DNA of 64,000 nt, taken from Flavobacteriales bacterium. Its GTDB lineage: Bacteria > Bacteroidota > Bacteroidia > Palsa-965. The first letter of the stretch is position 1. The number at the start of each line of letters is the position of its first letter. The stretch lies in the NCBI GenBank assembly GCA_040377305.1, contig JBEIPA010000001.1, positions 108,807-172,806 of the forward strand, read 5' to 3'. Position numbers and translations under genes: made by a program. Shown piece after piece: positions 27,670-37,525 of the stretch. The notes beneath the pieces were generated by a model that did no database searches, was not told where the DNA came from, and was given only the letters and a program-made list of their open reading frames with translations.

Positions 27670-29571
27670 CTAATTACCTGAAAAATTCATCGGCAGTTCA
27701 ATTATAAATTCGGCACCACCATTCTTCTCACTCTTAATACTGATGCATCCGCCCAAACTTTCGACCTGTGTCTTGACCATAAATAGCCCAATTCCCTTTC
27801 CTTCAATTGTCGGGTGAAATCTTTTATAAAGTCCAAAAACATCCTTGCCGTACTTGTTCAGGTCAATCCCTATTCCACTGTCCTTGAATGTAATTTTCAA
27901 TTTGCCCGATTCCATTTCACTTTTTATCCGAATAACGGGCGTATCATTTGGCTTTCTGAATTTAATACTATTCAATATAATATTATAGAAAATACTGTGC
28001 ATATAACTTTTGATACTTATCGTTCTATCAATAAGAGAAAAGTCTGTCTCGATTTGCACTTGTTCCTTTTGTATAAGATTCTGAATACTCGATCTGATTC
28101 CGTTAACAAGCTCCTCCAGATTAACCTCTGAGCGGCTTTCCGTGACGTCAAATCTTAAGTGCAGAATATCATTGATGTCCTTCACAACTTCGTCCAGTTG
28201 TTGAACTGCTGCGAAAAGGTATTCCTGAATTTCTATCCGATCCTGACCGGAAACATTCCCTTTCAAAACATTATTAATGCCCAGGATACTGGCAATCGGC
28301 GCTCGCAGGCTGTGTGAAACGATGTGCGCGAACTGTTCAAGGTTTTTGCTATGCTGAATTAAGTCGCTGGTAAGCTTAAAGCGCTCCTGTTCTGCCTGTT
28401 TGCGTAGCGTAACATCACGAATCATCATCGATGTTCTTTCCTGCCCATAGGCATCTGTAAACACTGCAGAAGTTACTTCACCCGGAAATTTACTGCCGTC
28501 TTTGCGGATAAAATTCAGTTCCCCCTTTGAACTACCCGTACGTCTTCTTTCTTCAATGAACATTTCCAGATGTGGATCAGAAGCGTCCACCAACCCCGCT
28601 CGCCCGGCCGCACAAATTTCCTGTTCCGACATTTGAAAAATGTAACACGCAGCAGGATTGGCTGAAATTATTTCCCCATTGGGAGAAGTAAGAAGGATGC
28701 CATCCATACTATTCTCGAAGAATGCACGATACTTTACTTCACTTTCACGGATTAGCTGTTCAGATACTTGCTGTTCAGTAATGTCAATATGCATGACAAC
28801 AATTCCGGAATCGCGGCTTTCATCTTCTCGTGTGACAATCACCTTAAACCATTTCGTACTATTCTGCAGGTAGTACTGATGAATGCCAGAGTAACTCTCT
28901 AATTCTCCCGATAGTATTTTCGACAACGCAGTTTCCAGTTTTTGCCCATCACCTGAAATGTTGCTGTAGCACAGTTTTATAATATCATGATAAGTACACC
29001 CAATGCCGTAGTTCAGTCGTTCAAATGAATTTGTATTGAAAAAATCCTTCCACAACTTATTTACATCACAAATGACTCCTCCTTTATCCAGCAAGACAAT
29101 ATGTGCCGGTAGATGTTGAAGTAGATCGGCATATTTTCTTTCGGAGTTCTTTAGTGTCACCGCCGCTTCCTTCCGCTCATTCTCAAGTTTGGCATATCTG
29201 AGAGCACTGAGAAAAGCCAAAGGCAAACGCTGGGGTCTGTCTTTCAGAATATAATCACTCGCTCCGTTCTTCATAACCTCTGCTGCAAATTCTTCTGTAA
29301 CAGTACCGGTTACAAGGATGAAAGGAATTTCCAACTCCGATTCCTTCAGAATATCTAATGCCTGCAGGGAATTAAATGAAGGGCAGAGATGATCACTGAT
29401 AATTATTTCCGGGGCAAATTCCTTCAAAGCATCAATATATGCAGTACGCGAATTCACAACTTTAATGTCCAGGTTAACCTTCGCTTCTTCCAATAGCTGG
29501 TCAATTAATTTAGCATCTGCCGGTAGTCCTTCCAGGTGCAGCACTCTTACAGGGTTGTTACTTGGTATCAT
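27670..29571 (-). CDS. hybrid sensor histidine kinase: N-terminal receiver domain + PAS domains + HisKA/HATPase
   Basis: The ATG at 29571 is preferred over the TTG at 29613. REC domain with VLHLEGLPADAKL...ISDHLCP. PAS repeats. H-box HSLRAPIASILG. C-terminal G1/G2 ATP-binding boxes. Confidence 0.8.
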   Translation of the reverse strand: MIPSNNPVRVLHLEGLPADAKLIDQLLEEAKVNLDIKVVNSRTAYIDALKEFAPEIIISDHLCPSFNSLQALDILKESELEIPFILVTGTVTEEFAAEVMKNGASDYILKDRPQRLPLAFLSALRYAKLENERKEAAVTLKNSERKYADLLQHLPAHIVLLDKGGVICDVNKLWKDFFNTNSFERLNYGIGCTYHDIIKLCYSNISGDGQKLETALSKILSGELESYSGIHQYYLQNSTKWFKVIVTREDESRDSGIVVMHIDITEQQVSEQLIRESEVKYRAFFENSMDGILLTSPNGEIISANPAACYIFQMSEQEICAAGRAGLVDASDPHLEMFIEERRRTGSSKGELNFIRKDGSKFPGEVTSAVFTDAYGQERTSMMIRDVTLRKQAEQERFKLTSDLIQHSKNLEQFAHIVSHSLRAPIASILGINNVLKGNVSGQDRIEIQEYLFAAVQQLDEVVKDINDILHLRFDVTESRSEVNLEELVNGIRSSIQNLIQKEQVQIETDFSLIDRTISIKSYMHSIFYNIILNSIKFRKPNDTPVIRIKSEMESGKLKITFKDSGIGIDLNKYGKDVFGLYKRFHPTIEGKGIGLFMVKTQVESLGGCISIKSEKNGGAEFIIELPMNFSGN

Positions 29572-29653
29572 GATTGGGGGTGATAATACTATTGTGTGGT
29601 ATGAGCACAGCAATCTGGGTTGATTGAGAAATTAGAAAGCGAATTTGTGATAA

Positions 29654-30079
29654 TCATAGTGAATCGGACTTGGATAGATTGGATTGAGACTGTATGATCT
29701 TCAATGTGTCAATTACCTTTTCAAGATCATGTGACTTATCGAAAAAGAAATCTGCCCCAAAACCAATACACGACTTACGGTAATGCTCGTTGGCAAAATT
29801 TGTAAATACGATCAATATGATTTCAGGATATTGCTTCCGAAGTTGGATAAGAAAACTAATGCCATTAGATTTTGGTGAATCACCCTCAAGATGAATGTCC
29901 AGAATAACAATCCTTGGCTTGGTTTCAGCTATCACAACATTGGCCGAGGAAACGTTTGGAGCGCACGCCACACATTCCACACCGACCAAAACACCCAAAA
30001 CGCTCTTCAACCGCTCAGTAATGAGTGCCGAATCATCAACAAGCACAATTTTTATTGGGCATATCCCTTCCTTCTCCAT
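29654..30079 (-). CDS. single-domain response regulator (CheY-like receiver)
   Basis: 141 aa. The motifs IKIVLVDD...ILDIHLEG...IILIVFT place the acidic pocket and a conserved Lys equivalent. Confidence 0.7.
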   Translation of the reverse strand: MEKEGICPIKIVLVDDSALITERLKSVLGVLVGVECVACAPNVSSANVVIAETKPRIVILDIHLEGDSPKSNGISFLIQLRKQYPEIILIVFTNFANEHYRKSCIGFGADFFFDKSHDLEKVIDTLKIIQSQSNLSKSDSL

Positions 30080-30174
30080 ATCCTCTGTTTCGGGTGCAAA
30101 GGACTGAATGAAGGCATCCGTTTCAGATAGGTTGGATCATGAAACTCTTGTAGTGGTTTGTACTACAAAACGGA

Positions 30175-30792
30175 TCAAACTAACTTGTTGTCCAGGGCAT
30201 ATCGCGTAATTTCGGCGTTATTGCCGAGGTTTAGTTTCTCCAGTATTCGGGCGCGGTAGGTGCTAATGGTGTTTACACTCAACACGATTTCGTCGGCAAT
30301 CTCCGACACCGTTTTACCTGAAGCGATAAGCTGGAGTACCTGCAACTCTCGATCTGACAGGGCGTCATAGTCCTGCTTTTCTCCATAAGTATCAGCTAAT
30401 TGTTCGGCTACTGAATCTGAAATATACTTACGTCCGGATAAAACTTTGTGTATAGCCGCAAGGAGTTCCTTTGTGGCGCTTTGTTTACTAAGAAAGCCAG
30501 AGGCTCCAGCCTTGAGTGTCCTGATCGCATATTGTTCTTCAGGGTGCATGCTCAACATGAGTATGGGCGCTTTTATCCCATTCGCCCTTATTTGTTTGAG
30601 CGCTTCCATTCCATTTATTCCTGGCATGGAAATATCAAGCAAAATGATATCCCAAATCTGCCTTCGGACTTCAACAAGCGCCTCATTGCCATTGGTGACT
30701 TCCGTAATGTCTGCCACAGAAAATTCTTCGCGCAATATTTGCACCAAACCTTTTCTGACTATTGCATGATCGTCTGCAATTAGAATTTTCAT
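30175..30792 (-). CDS. NarL/FixJ-family response regulator (REC + LuxR HTH)
   Basis: MKILIADDH...ILLDISMPG, then LSDRELQVLQLIASGKTVSEIADEIVLSVNTISTYRARILEKL. Overlaps the upstream kinase gene by 4 bp (ATGA). Confidence 0.85.
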   Translation of the reverse strand: MKILIADDHAIVRKGLVQILREEFSVADITEVTNGNEALVEVRRQIWDIILLDISMPGINGMEALKQIRANGIKAPILMLSMHPEEQYAIRTLKAGASGFLSKQSATKELLAAIHKVLSGRKYISDSVAEQLADTYGEKQDYDALSDRELQVLQLIASGKTVSEIADEIVLSVNTISTYRARILEKLNLGNNAEITRYALDNKLV

Positions 30793-33107
30793 AAGTGCTG
30801 ATTGTCTTTTCCTTGTAATGGTATTTCCAACGCAATCGTAACTCCACGTTGTTCTTCATTCTTGATAATTAAATTCCCGTGCAACATTAACGCGCGTTCT
30901 TTCATACCAACCAACCCCAGGGATTTTTTGTTCTTAGCTTCTTCAAGATTCAAACCAACACCGTTGTCCTTTACAATCAGTGATAAGACTCCGTTTTTTT
31001 CTTCAAGAGCAGTTTCAACAAGTGTTGCCTGACTATGCCTTGCGACGTTGGTAAGTGCTTCCTGATAAACCCTGAATATGTTAGTGACAATATTTATATC
31101 GAAGTCGCTGTCTTCTACTTCAGTCTTGAATCGCGATCTGATACCCGTTCGCTTTTCGAATTCCTGAGTTTGCCATTCGAGGGCGGCAATCAATCCCAGA
31201 TCGTCCAATATCCCGGGACGAAGTTCGGATGCAATTCGTCGTACACTTTGTATTGTGTCATCTATTAGCAAAATCATGTTTGATAGTCTTTCCTGAACCA
31301 TAACCTCACTTTGATTCTTGCTTTTTAGAATCCAGGATGTGTCCATCTTTAAGCCTGTCAATTGCTGACCCAATTCGTCATGGATTTCACGTGCAATGCG
31401 GGTTCTCTCCTCTTCTCGAACACGCTGCAAATGTCCAGTGAGTTCCTTCAACTGATCATACGATGCTTTCAACTCCTCTTCTGCCTTCAGTTTTTCGGTA
31501 ATATCATTTAGCATCACCAAAGAAGCACGTGTTCCATTATAATCTATCAAGTGACCCGTAATATCGAGAAACATCACTTCGCCACTCTTCTTCTTATGCC
31601 GCCATACTTTTTTGTGAACTCTACCGTACTGCTCCTCTGTCGTGATCACTTCCTCAAGTGCTGCGACATCCTCCAGGGGGCGGATGTCCTTAATCGTTAA
31701 GTTCAAAAATTCATCTCTTGTATAACCATACTTTAACAAAACTTCTTCATTGCAATCAATTATCTGCGTCGTTTTAAAATTCCAAATAAACATCGGTGAC
31801 GGATTATTCTCGAAGAGATTTTTATAATCCTTTTCACTTTGAATAATCTTGAGTTGCGCCTGTTTGCGTTCAGTTAGATCCTGACAAGTACCCAATGCTC
31901 GTACGGGATTTCCAAGCGGATCATAAAAAATCTTCCACCGCTCCTCTACATACTTTATAGCGCCAGACGGACTCACAGCCCGATGTTCGACAACATGCAA
32001 GAAATGTGATCCGATTGATTCCTTAAACGCATGATCAACCATCTCACGATCCAACGGGTGAACATAGTCGAGAAAATTAGGATGTGAATGCTTAAAGTCC
32101 ACGGGATCGATCTCAAAAATTTTGTAGGTCTCCAACGACCACGTCACTTCCATGGTTGAAAGGTTAGTTTCCCAACTACCAACCTTCGCTAAAGCTTGCG
32201 CTTCAATCAGTCTCGCTTCACTGACTTGCAACATCCTGGTTTTTTCTTCAACCAGTTTGTTCAGCTTCAAAGGCTGCCTTGCAAGATACCAGGCAAAGAT
32301 GCCGCCCACCAGTGAGAGAAGAAACCCAAGAATAGAAATGGCTAAGACTCCTAAAAATGCTTTTTTGTTTTTCGACATTACATGCAACTTCCACTCACCA
32401 TCTGGGATTTCAATTACAACTGACTGACCAGATTCAAACGATCTCGATTCAGGTAAAAAGTATTCTTCCTTTAATGTGGTTGGATTAACTTTTGACAATT
32501 GATACACGAATTCATTGCCCGGGAGCGTATCAATACCTGCGGCCTTCAAAAGTGTGGATATCTTAATAAGAACCGCAGCGAAGCCCTGAAACTCATTGTT
32601 AATGAAAATAGGGAGTCGACCAACGACCGCAACTCCTCCCTGCTTCAATTCGAATGGACCTGCAAAATAAAGCGACTTCATATCTATCGCCTTGTACGCC
32701 TCCTGGTTACGCAAGGAATCTTCAAGGATATTATAACCAATAGCTGCTTCATTTCCCTGTAACGGATAGACATTGGTTATTTCCCCTCCCTGGGTTAATT
32801 CAAGTGCATCGATAAATTTGTTCGATTGCAAAATGCGCTTCGCAATGGAGTCGAAATTTTTGGGAACTCCATATTCCTCCACAACAAACTTCAATGTTTG
32901 CACTGCAGCAAGATCGTAGCTCAATGCAGTTTGCAACCTATCCTTTACCGAATTTATCTCCCGAAGAATCTGATTGTGCTTTTCCTCTTTGACGATCAAG
33001 TACCGCTGATAGGATAGAAACTGAGTTAAGCCCGCGATTAATAAAAAAACGATCAGTCCCGTTAAGCGAGGAGTTTTGCTGCTTGAAGTAGTAGTGTTCG
33101 CTTTCAT
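30789..33107 (-). CDS. sensor histidine kinase (HisKA_3/NarX-type) with periplasmic sensing domain, TM segments and PAS domains
   Basis: 772 aa. H-box REIHDELGQQLTGLKMD, then an HATPase_c segment. Two TM helices flank a ~250-aa extracytoplasmic domain. Confidence 0.8.
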   Translation of the reverse strand: MKANTTTSSSKTPRLTGLIVFLLIAGLTQFLSYQRYLIVKEEKHNQILREINSVKDRLQTALSYDLAAVQTLKFVVEEYGVPKNFDSIAKRILQSNKFIDALELTQGGEITNVYPLQGNEAAIGYNILEDSLRNQEAYKAIDMKSLYFAGPFELKQGGVAVVGRLPIFINNEFQGFAAVLIKISTLLKAAGIDTLPGNEFVYQLSKVNPTTLKEEYFLPESRSFESGQSVVIEIPDGEWKLHVMSKNKKAFLGVLAISILGFLLSLVGGIFAWYLARQPLKLNKLVEEKTRMLQVSEARLIEAQALAKVGSWETNLSTMEVTWSLETYKIFEIDPVDFKHSHPNFLDYVHPLDREMVDHAFKESIGSHFLHVVEHRAVSPSGAIKYVEERWKIFYDPLGNPVRALGTCQDLTERKQAQLKIIQSEKDYKNLFENNPSPMFIWNFKTTQIIDCNEEVLLKYGYTRDEFLNLTIKDIRPLEDVAALEEVITTEEQYGRVHKKVWRHKKKSGEVMFLDITGHLIDYNGTRASLVMLNDITEKLKAEEELKASYDQLKELTGHLQRVREEERTRIAREIHDELGQQLTGLKMDTSWILKSKNQSEVMVQERLSNMILLIDDTIQSVRRIASELRPGILDDLGLIAALEWQTQEFEKRTGIRSRFKTEVEDSDFDINIVTNIFRVYQEALTNVARHSQATLVETALEEKNGVLSLIVKDNGVGLNLEEAKNKKSLGLVGMKERALMLHGNLIIKNEEQRGVTIALEIPLQGKDNQHL

Positions 33108-33296
33108 TTTGTATGAATAACGTTTACCGTGCTATCAGCGGCGTACTGACTAAGCTGCGAACCTCTGCTCCAATGCCAACATGTAACTTAAGAAAGGTAT
33201 GCGTTTTATGCCCTATTTCCTAAGCTAAACAATTAATATGCCTCTGATGGACCCGATCTGCATGCTATATCGATACCACATTACCTCGCATAAATA

Positions 33297-34508
33297 CTAC
33301 TTCTTTTCTCCTTTTGATTTCGCGCTACTATCGGCCGACTCCTCCTCATCTGTTTCAATGAAGTGCGCGCCGAGTATTTCCAATACAGGCTTCACATTAT
33401 AAATGCCGCGATTGAATTTGTTGCACAACATGACGATCGTAACATCTTCTGTAACGCCGCGATAAAATGCACTCGTGTAACCATGCCACCAACCATTGTG
33501 GAAGACGGCGCGGGCTTTATCGGGGAAATCAACGGTGCGCCAACCGTAACCGTAGTTCCAGGATTTCTTTCCAACGAGCTCTTCACTGTAGCCAGTGTAC
33601 GCAAGGTTCTGCATTTCCAGGCTCAGAACAATTCCGCGTCGTAATGCGCGATCCCACTTGAACATATCGCCGACGCTTGCATAAACTCCTTTGTCGCCCG
33701 CAACACCATCGAGAAAATCATGATCCCAGCGATTCCAGCTTTTGTAGTAGCCTCGCGCCATGTGGGGATGCGAAGAAGTATCGCCTGCTACCCAGGTATG
33801 ATTCATTTCGAGCGGATCGAAATAATTTACTTTCATGAATTCGTGGAAAGACATTTCAGAAACTTTCTCCACGATAGCTGCGAGAAGAATATACCCTGTG
33901 TTGCTGTAATCGTATTTTTCGTCGGGCTTGTGAATGGATTTTACCTTTAGACGAGTGAAGAGTGCAACCACGCTGTCGTTGGTGTAATAGTCGGGCGGAT
34001 CAACTCCTCTGTCTCGATAATACTTGTCGCAGATATTCGTGTACTTGTCCATTCCGCCCCGGTGACACAGTAATTCGTGCACGGTCAGGTTTGAATACGG
34101 AAGCTCCGGAAAAAATTTGCGAACGGAATCCTGGAGGCTCAACTCGCCACGTTGTACAAGCAACAAAACCGCGGCAGCAGTAAATTGTTTTGAAACCGAA
34201 GCAAGCTGGAAAGACGACTCAAGTGTGAGCGAATCTCTGTTCTCGTGATTTTCCCAGCCGAATGCTTTTTCGTAGAGCACGACGCCGTTCTGTGCAACAA
34301 GAACACAGCCAGAGAAGGTTCCCTCCACAAACTTCTTCGCGAAAAATGTGTCGAGGCTCGCTTGTTTCGCGTCAGCTCCTATTTTCTTCCAATAGTATTC
34401 AGTGGAATCCGGTAATGGCGTATCGATTTTCACAACCGCGGTCGATTCACCACATCCTGAAGCCAGCAGAACAAGAAATAGAAATATGGAAATTGCAAAA
34501 GCGCGCAT
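33297..34508 (-). CDS. serine hydrolase of the beta-lactamase/transpeptidase superfamily (class-C-like), lipoprotein
   Basis: SVSK (SxxK), YSN motif (DYSNTGY) and HNGW (KTG-equivalent region). Lipobox LLASGC. Confidence 0.75.
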   Translation of the reverse strand: MRAFAISIFLFLVLLASGCGESTAVVKIDTPLPDSTEYYWKKIGADAKQASLDTFFAKKFVEGTFSGCVLVAQNGVVLYEKAFGWENHENRDSLTLESSFQLASVSKQFTAAAVLLLVQRGELSLQDSVRKFFPELPYSNLTVHELLCHRGGMDKYTNICDKYYRDRGVDPPDYYTNDSVVALFTRLKVKSIHKPDEKYDYSNTGYILLAAIVEKVSEMSFHEFMKVNYFDPLEMNHTWVAGDTSSHPHMARGYYKSWNRWDHDFLDGVAGDKGVYASVGDMFKWDRALRRGIVLSLEMQNLAYTGYSEELVGKKSWNYGYGWRTVDFPDKARAVFHNGWWHGYTSAFYRGVTEDVTIVMLCNKFNRGIYNVKPVLEILGAHFIETDEEESADSSAKSKGEKK

Positions 34509-34569
34509 AAATAAAAATCCCCCGAAAGTTCCGGAGGATTTTTGACTTGTGGTGTTGATAAACCAACCT

Positions 34570-35415
34570 TTATTTCACAACCACGACTAAATATTTTGAA
34601 ACGCTCCAGAATTTCTTCTGGTCAGTGATAACCAATTTCTCTGCACGACCATCTGCACCGTCGATTCTGTATGAACCTGCAGGATGTGTAGTCACAACTT
34701 CTGCTTCTTTCGAGCTAAGTGGCACTTCCGTAATCTTGGTGATATCAACCTGCGTGAAGTAATCGACGTTCGGCTTCTCGTTCATCTTGATGGTTTTGCC
34801 CATTCCGATTACACCACCTTCAAGGCTGATGATTCCTTGTGCTTCGAGCTCTTTCTTCGTTCCGTATGCGTAGTAAGCTGTGTTCAGCTCAATTGTCTTC
34901 GCATCAGACTCTTGTTGCAACTCCTGGTAATTCATGCTCAGGTTGCTCAGCTCAAGATTTTTCTTCTCGAGATCGTCTTTCAGTTCTGTGATTTCGGCCT
35001 CACGAGTTACCAATGTGTTGTTGAGGTTGTCGATTGTAGTCTGCATAGACGCGATCTGAAGATTTGCGTTACTCAGATTCTTTTTTGCAGATGCAAGACG
35101 CTGTTTGTTCTCAACCATCATCGCATAAATTGCTTCGATGTCGGCAGTGATTTTGTCTTTACGTGAGTTAACGTCCCCTTTTGAAGTATCAGTAGCAATC
35201 ATCTTTTCCTTCTCACGGATCTCATCAAGATTAGCCTGGATGTCGTTCATCGCTCTGAAGAATGAGTCGAGTGAAGCTGCTTGTTCACTGGTAATGCCAC
35301 TGAGGCGATTAGTTTCAGCAGTCAAACTGTCCTTAACTGGATCAGTCACTGGTTTATCGTCTCCGCATGCAAACCAAAATGGTGCGATGAAGAGAATCAG
35401 AAATAGCTTTTTCAT
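34570..35415 (-). CDS. coiled-coil lipoprotein, hypothetical
   Basis: ATG at 35415 (MKKLFLILFIAPFWFACGDD). Long heptad-rich central region. Confidence 0.5.
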   Translation of the reverse strand: MKKLFLILFIAPFWFACGDDKPVTDPVKDSLTAETNRLSGITSEQAASLDSFFRAMNDIQANLDEIREKEKMIATDTSKGDVNSRKDKITADIEAIYAMMVENKQRLASAKKNLSNANLQIASMQTTIDNLNNTLVTREAEITELKDDLEKKNLELSNLSMNYQELQQESDAKTIELNTAYYAYGTKKELEAQGIISLEGGVIGMGKTIKMNEKPNVDYFTQVDITKITEVPLSSKEAEVVTTHPAGSYRIDGADGRAEKLVITDQKKFWSVSKYLVVVVK

Positions 35416-35613
35416 GGTAGATTGTTTTTTCAGTTTGGAATTCATGTAGCGCGGGGCGGTATCATGAAAGTTGTTGTTAGGTATATCTGTTGCCAAATTT
35501 ACGCGGGGGCGTTTGGCAATCGGGGCAAAATTAGATGTTTGGGGTGGATTACAGGATATGTGGCGGTTATTTCAGGACATTTAACTGCATCGTTGCTCAC
35601 CCTGGACTAAAGT

Positions 35614-35720
35614 CCATGGTTATCACGGCTTTTGCTGGTTTATAGGGCATTTTGCGTTGGCGAAATTCCCGCCAACACAAAATGCCCTGCATCCACAAAG
35701 TAAGGACGTGATAACCGTGG
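35614..35720. repeat. nested inverted repeat (~107 bp structured element)
   Basis: Inner arms GGGCATTTTGCGTTGGCG (35645-35662) and CGCCAACACAAAATGCCC (35670-35687) pair at 17 of 18 positions. Outer arms CCATGGTTATCACGG (35614-35628) and CGTGATAACCGTGG (35707-35720). Confidence 0.5.
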
Positions 35721-35745
35721 GCTTCAGCCCGCGGTTCGACGAGAC

Positions 35746-37323
35746 CTACGGCAACTCCGCCATCAAAACGAACAGTTTCTCGAATTTATCTCTGATTTCG
35801 GAGAGTTCCCATTGCGTATTGTTCCCAATCATCGCAAATGCCAACCGCTTGCCGCTTTTGGTGTCTACATATCCTGAATAAGCCCGCACGCGAGACATGG
35901 TTCCGCTTTTTGCGCGAAGATTTCCTTCTGCAGCAGTGCTATCTGCAAGTTTTCTGATTGTACCCGATTCTCCCGCAACCGGAAGTGATCGATAGAACGA
36001 CTCGAAAATGATGGTGTCTTTTGCAAACGCACGTAACATGCTTACAAGTTGTTTAGTGGTGATGGAGTTGTTTCGCGACAAGCCACTTCCATCGACCATA
36101 TACAAACCTTGTATGTCGACGTTGTGTTTTCTCCAGAACTCATAAACACAAGCTGCGCCACCAAATGTGCTGCCGTATCCTTTTTGTTTGTGCGAGATTG
36201 CGCGCAGAATAGTTTCTGCATAAAAGTTTTGTGATATCTGATTCGTGTGATAAACGAGATCACGCAGTGTTGCCGACGAAGTTGAAGTGATTGTTTTTCT
36301 TCCACCTTCCGCTTCGAGTTTCAATCCGTTGAGACGAATCAAACGGATGGTCGTTGCGGAATCACCAACCTTTATTCCGCGCTCTGCGAGTTCGTTCTTC
36401 AACAGTTGCGCACACAACAAAGCCGGATCGGGAATAGAACCTCGCGCATCGAGGTGTCCGTTCACTTCTCCTTGCACAACGCGCTCGAATTGGTAAGGAC
36501 CACCGGTTACATACGCATAAGACTTCGCGACAGAATTGTTTACGCATTGATTGTACAATTTCATCCCCGGAATTTTCGGAGAGTAACTCATGCTCACATG
36601 TCCGCCGGAACCATTCAATGAAATACTGAATTGATTTTCGTGAATGGACAATCCGCTTGGACCTGCGCCGTAATCGCTTTGCACATCTTCCCAGCACCAG
36701 CCACCCGGAGTCATATCGCGTTCGAATGCCTCTGCATCTCCGATGATGCAACCCGAAATAGAGTCAACCCCCAAATTCTGAATGGCAGTTGCCCAGTTGT
36801 TCACCACTTTCTCTACGCTGCTGCCGTATGTTTCCGAACCAAGTGTCGGATCTCCGTTTCCGCGTATGTAAATATTTCCTTTGAGCGTGTTTCCGTCTTT
36901 CGATCCGTCGTGCTGCAATGAAGTAGTGAAACGATAACCCGGTCCAAGAATGGAAAGTGCGGTTCCGGTTGTCACAATTTTCATGACCGAGGCAGGAACT
37001 AATCCTGTTGTAGAATTCCATTCGTACATCGCCGTGTCTGCATCAACGGGTCCGAGGTAATAACTCCACGTTCCTCCACGAAGCTGTGCTGCGGCATTGA
37101 TTGAGTCTTCGATGAATGCGAGTAGTCTTCCCATTGCCGAAGTGTCTTTTTCAACGGACTCCTCTTCTTGCGTAGAGTCAGCGTTCTGAGTCACTTTATC
37201 CTTGAGCGGAACTTTTTCTCCTCCCGTCATAAAAACAAAAATTGTCGCGAGGATTGCCAGAGATAAAATGGCAATGGCACCTACTTGTTTAACGGTGAGG
37301 GTTTTGTTGAGGATATGCTTCAC
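35746..37323 (-). CDS. dacB: D-alanyl-D-alanine carboxypeptidase/endopeptidase (PBP4, peptidase S13)
   Basis: SVMK (SxxK), SQN and KSG motifs in S13 order. The N-terminal TM anchor requires the GTG at 37323; the alternative ATG is at 37401. Confidence 0.7.
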   Translation of the reverse strand: MKHILNKTLTVKQVGAIAILSLAILATIFVFMTGGEKVPLKDKVTQNADSTQEEESVEKDTSAMGRLLAFIEDSINAAAQLRGGTWSYYLGPVDADTAMYEWNSTTGLVPASVMKIVTTGTALSILGPGYRFTTSLQHDGSKDGNTLKGNIYIRGNGDPTLGSETYGSSVEKVVNNWATAIQNLGVDSISGCIIGDAEAFERDMTPGGWCWEDVQSDYGAGPSGLSIHENQFSISLNGSGGHVSMSYSPKIPGMKLYNQCVNNSVAKSYAYVTGGPYQFERVVQGEVNGHLDARGSIPDPALLCAQLLKNELAERGIKVGDSATTIRLIRLNGLKLEAEGGRKTITSTSSATLRDLVYHTNQISQNFYAETILRAISHKQKGYGSTFGGAACVYEFWRKHNVDIQGLYMVDGSGLSRNNSITTKQLVSMLRAFAKDTIIFESFYRSLPVAGESGTIRKLADSTAAEGNLRAKSGTMSRVRAYSGYVDTKSGKRLAFAMIGNNTQWELSEIRDKFEKLFVLMAELP

Positions 37324-37336
37324 GATGCAAAGATAG

Positions 37337-37468
37337 ACGGCAGGCGACAGACGACAGACGGGAGTACCGTAGATTTGCCAACGAAACCCGGTTAGAAACA
37401 TCGTTCTTTTACTCGGAAAACGTTGATTTTCACCCTTTACTCCCGTCTCCCGCCTGTCGTCTGGAGAC
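37337..37468. promoter_or_regulatory. imperfect inverted repeat pair carrying the 12-mer GGAGACGGGAGT in the divergent dacB / ECF-sigma intergenic region
   Basis: Left arm ...GACGACAGACGGGAGTACC. Right arm CTTTACTCCCGTCTCCCGCCTGTCGTCTGG. The same 12-mer occurs as an inverted pair at 46141-46281. Confidence 0.35.
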
Positions 37469-37525
37469 TTTTTCGTCCCTTTGTAAAATAAACACCCACC
37501 CCACCACGACCTTCCTACCGTAGTA

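Noticed and set aside
34684-35166. 160-aa plus-strand ORF within the coiled-coil lipoprotein gene.
   Set aside because: Antisense to a gene with lipoprotein signal and consistent heptad pattern. The antisense frame stays open because of the repetitive Glu/Lys/Leu codons.
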